Below, one piece after another: positions 63,172 through 64,000 of a stretch of 64,000 bases of DNA. Location: assembly GCA_007378985.1 (NCBI GenBank), contig VMHB01000003.1, positions 28,283-92,282 on the forward strand, given 5' to 3'. Below the pieces are notes generated by a model. That model saw only the letters and a program-made list of their open reading frames with translations, had not been told where the DNA came from and searched no databases. The position numbers were made by a program, and so were the translations under genes. Position 1 is the first letter of the stretch, and the number at the start of each line of letters is the position of its first letter. This stretch comes from Parcubacteria group bacterium Greene0714_7. GTDB taxonomy: Bacteria; Patescibacteriota; Minisyncoccia; Phycocordibacterales; Phycocordibacteraceae.

Positions 63172-64000
63172 ATGGTTATCATCTCCACCAAAGGAGAATA
63201 TCGAAAGGAAAATACAAGCACTAAAGAAGTCTTTTACTACAGGGATCCAAAAGAGGGAATTGATGTTAAATCACGCGAAGTCTATAAGCGTAAACCTCTA
63301 GAGATTCATTTTCCTTTTGATCGTAAAGGAGGGCAGAAATATAAATTTATCGATAGAGTGGAATTTCATGGAATTTCCCCAACAGCTGTACCTGGGGTTT
63401 TTACTGCCACGAATTTCGGATTAGGTTTTACTAAAAATCTTAGTCCGGCAATCTATCAACTTGATAAAGTGCCTCGAATTACAAAAGTAATTATTTCTCC
63501 TACCGAAAGTTCAAAAATTCAAGGTGATGCAGCAATTTTCAATACAATTGATCTAAATGAAATTTTTAAATGGATTAAACCTCTCAAAGAGTCCCAGTCT
63601 GCAGAACTAAAGAAAACCGCCAACAATTCTTTAGCAAAGATATACCCTTCCAGTTTTACTAAAAACATAGCACGTTACACGAAAGGGGAGTTGAGTCTTT
63701 TCATTAAAAATAAACAAGTTGAGCCCGCTCAGCTGTCTGACGAAGATGTAGGAAATGCCTTGAAGCTGATCCCTGAAAAAGTGAGTGTTGAAAGCATACT
63801 CTACAAAGCAGAGGAAAAAATTAATTTCATTAAACTGAAATCTGTTAGAAAGCGTTTTGAGAAATTAATCAATCAGAAAACGCAATCAAAATCGTTTGAG
63901 GAAAGGTGTCAGAAATTCTTTTCTCAGAATAGTTGGATATTTTCTAATATTCTTTCTGTCCCCGTAGCTTTGTATTTGAAAAAAGCTTACGTGGGAGGAA
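63172..64000 (+). CDS. hypothetical protein, partial (runs off the window end), AT-rich; possible DUF4263/Shedu-like N-terminal region
   Basis: ATG at 63172 with an open frame to 64000 (276+ aa). It is absent from the ORF track because no stop lies within the window. Near the end, ERCQKFFSQNSWIFS resembles the E..Q.F...NPWLFG segment that precedes the nuclease core in DUF4263 proteins; this is a weak pattern match. Confidence 0.5.
   Translation, partial: MVIISTKGEYRKENTSTKEVFYYRDPKEGIDVKSREVYKRKPLEIHFPFDRKGGQKYKFIDRVEFHGISPTAVPGVFTATNFGLGFTKNLSPAIYQLDKVPRITKVIISPTESSKIQGDAAIFNTIDLNEIFKWIKPLKESQSAELKKTANNSLAKIYPSSFTKNIARYTKGELSLFIKNKQVEPAQLSDEDVGNALKLIPEKVSVESILYKAEEKINFIKLKSVRKRFEKLINQKTQSKSFEERCQKFFSQNSWIFSNILSVPVALYLKKAYVGG

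Overview
The window looks like a compact bacterial chromosome segment, possibly from a small-genome uncultivated (CPR/Patescibacteria-like) lineage; the lineage call is inference only, and standard code 11 appears to be used. Gene density is high and mostly housekeeping. Recognised genes include an ABC transporter, purF, glpX, class I fba, pyk, pgl, pyrF and lysK (class I). There is a priA/GIY-YIG/def/fmt operon, a proA-proC-proB-csaA-proS cluster, a partial cell-wall cluster (mraZ-rsmH-ftsL-ftsI-murF) and an mreBCD-mrdA cluster. Two tRNAs are present, and no rRNA or CRISPR array was seen. The main observations are: (1) a tRNA-Asn(GUU) gene interrupted in its anticodon loop by a ~220-nt group I intron that carries canonical R and S elements; (2) a ~4.1-kb islet immediately 3' of that tRNA, bounded by a 25-bp direct repeat of the tRNA 3' end, carrying an unknown coiled-coil membrane protein and an EcoRII/Dcm-type restriction-modification pair that is itself bracketed by ~130-bp repeats; (3) a ~95-bp MITE-like element in two copies with conserved 13-bp terminal inverted repeats and 4-bp target-site duplications; (4) a T-box leader (promoter, T-box sequence, antiterminator and terminator) upstream of the proline operon; (5) several frameshifted conserved genes (rseP, mrdA, mreB, a small zinc-ribbon gene) that are either sequencing errors or genuine pseudogenes; (6) MraZ operator repeats, a short AGCTG/CACCTG-type intergenic repeat family, two near-identical 42-49 bp palindromes, and a conserved ~58-nt element found next to both tRNA loci. 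A partial AT-rich gene at the window end, next to tRNA-Glu remnants, may be a defence-island gene.
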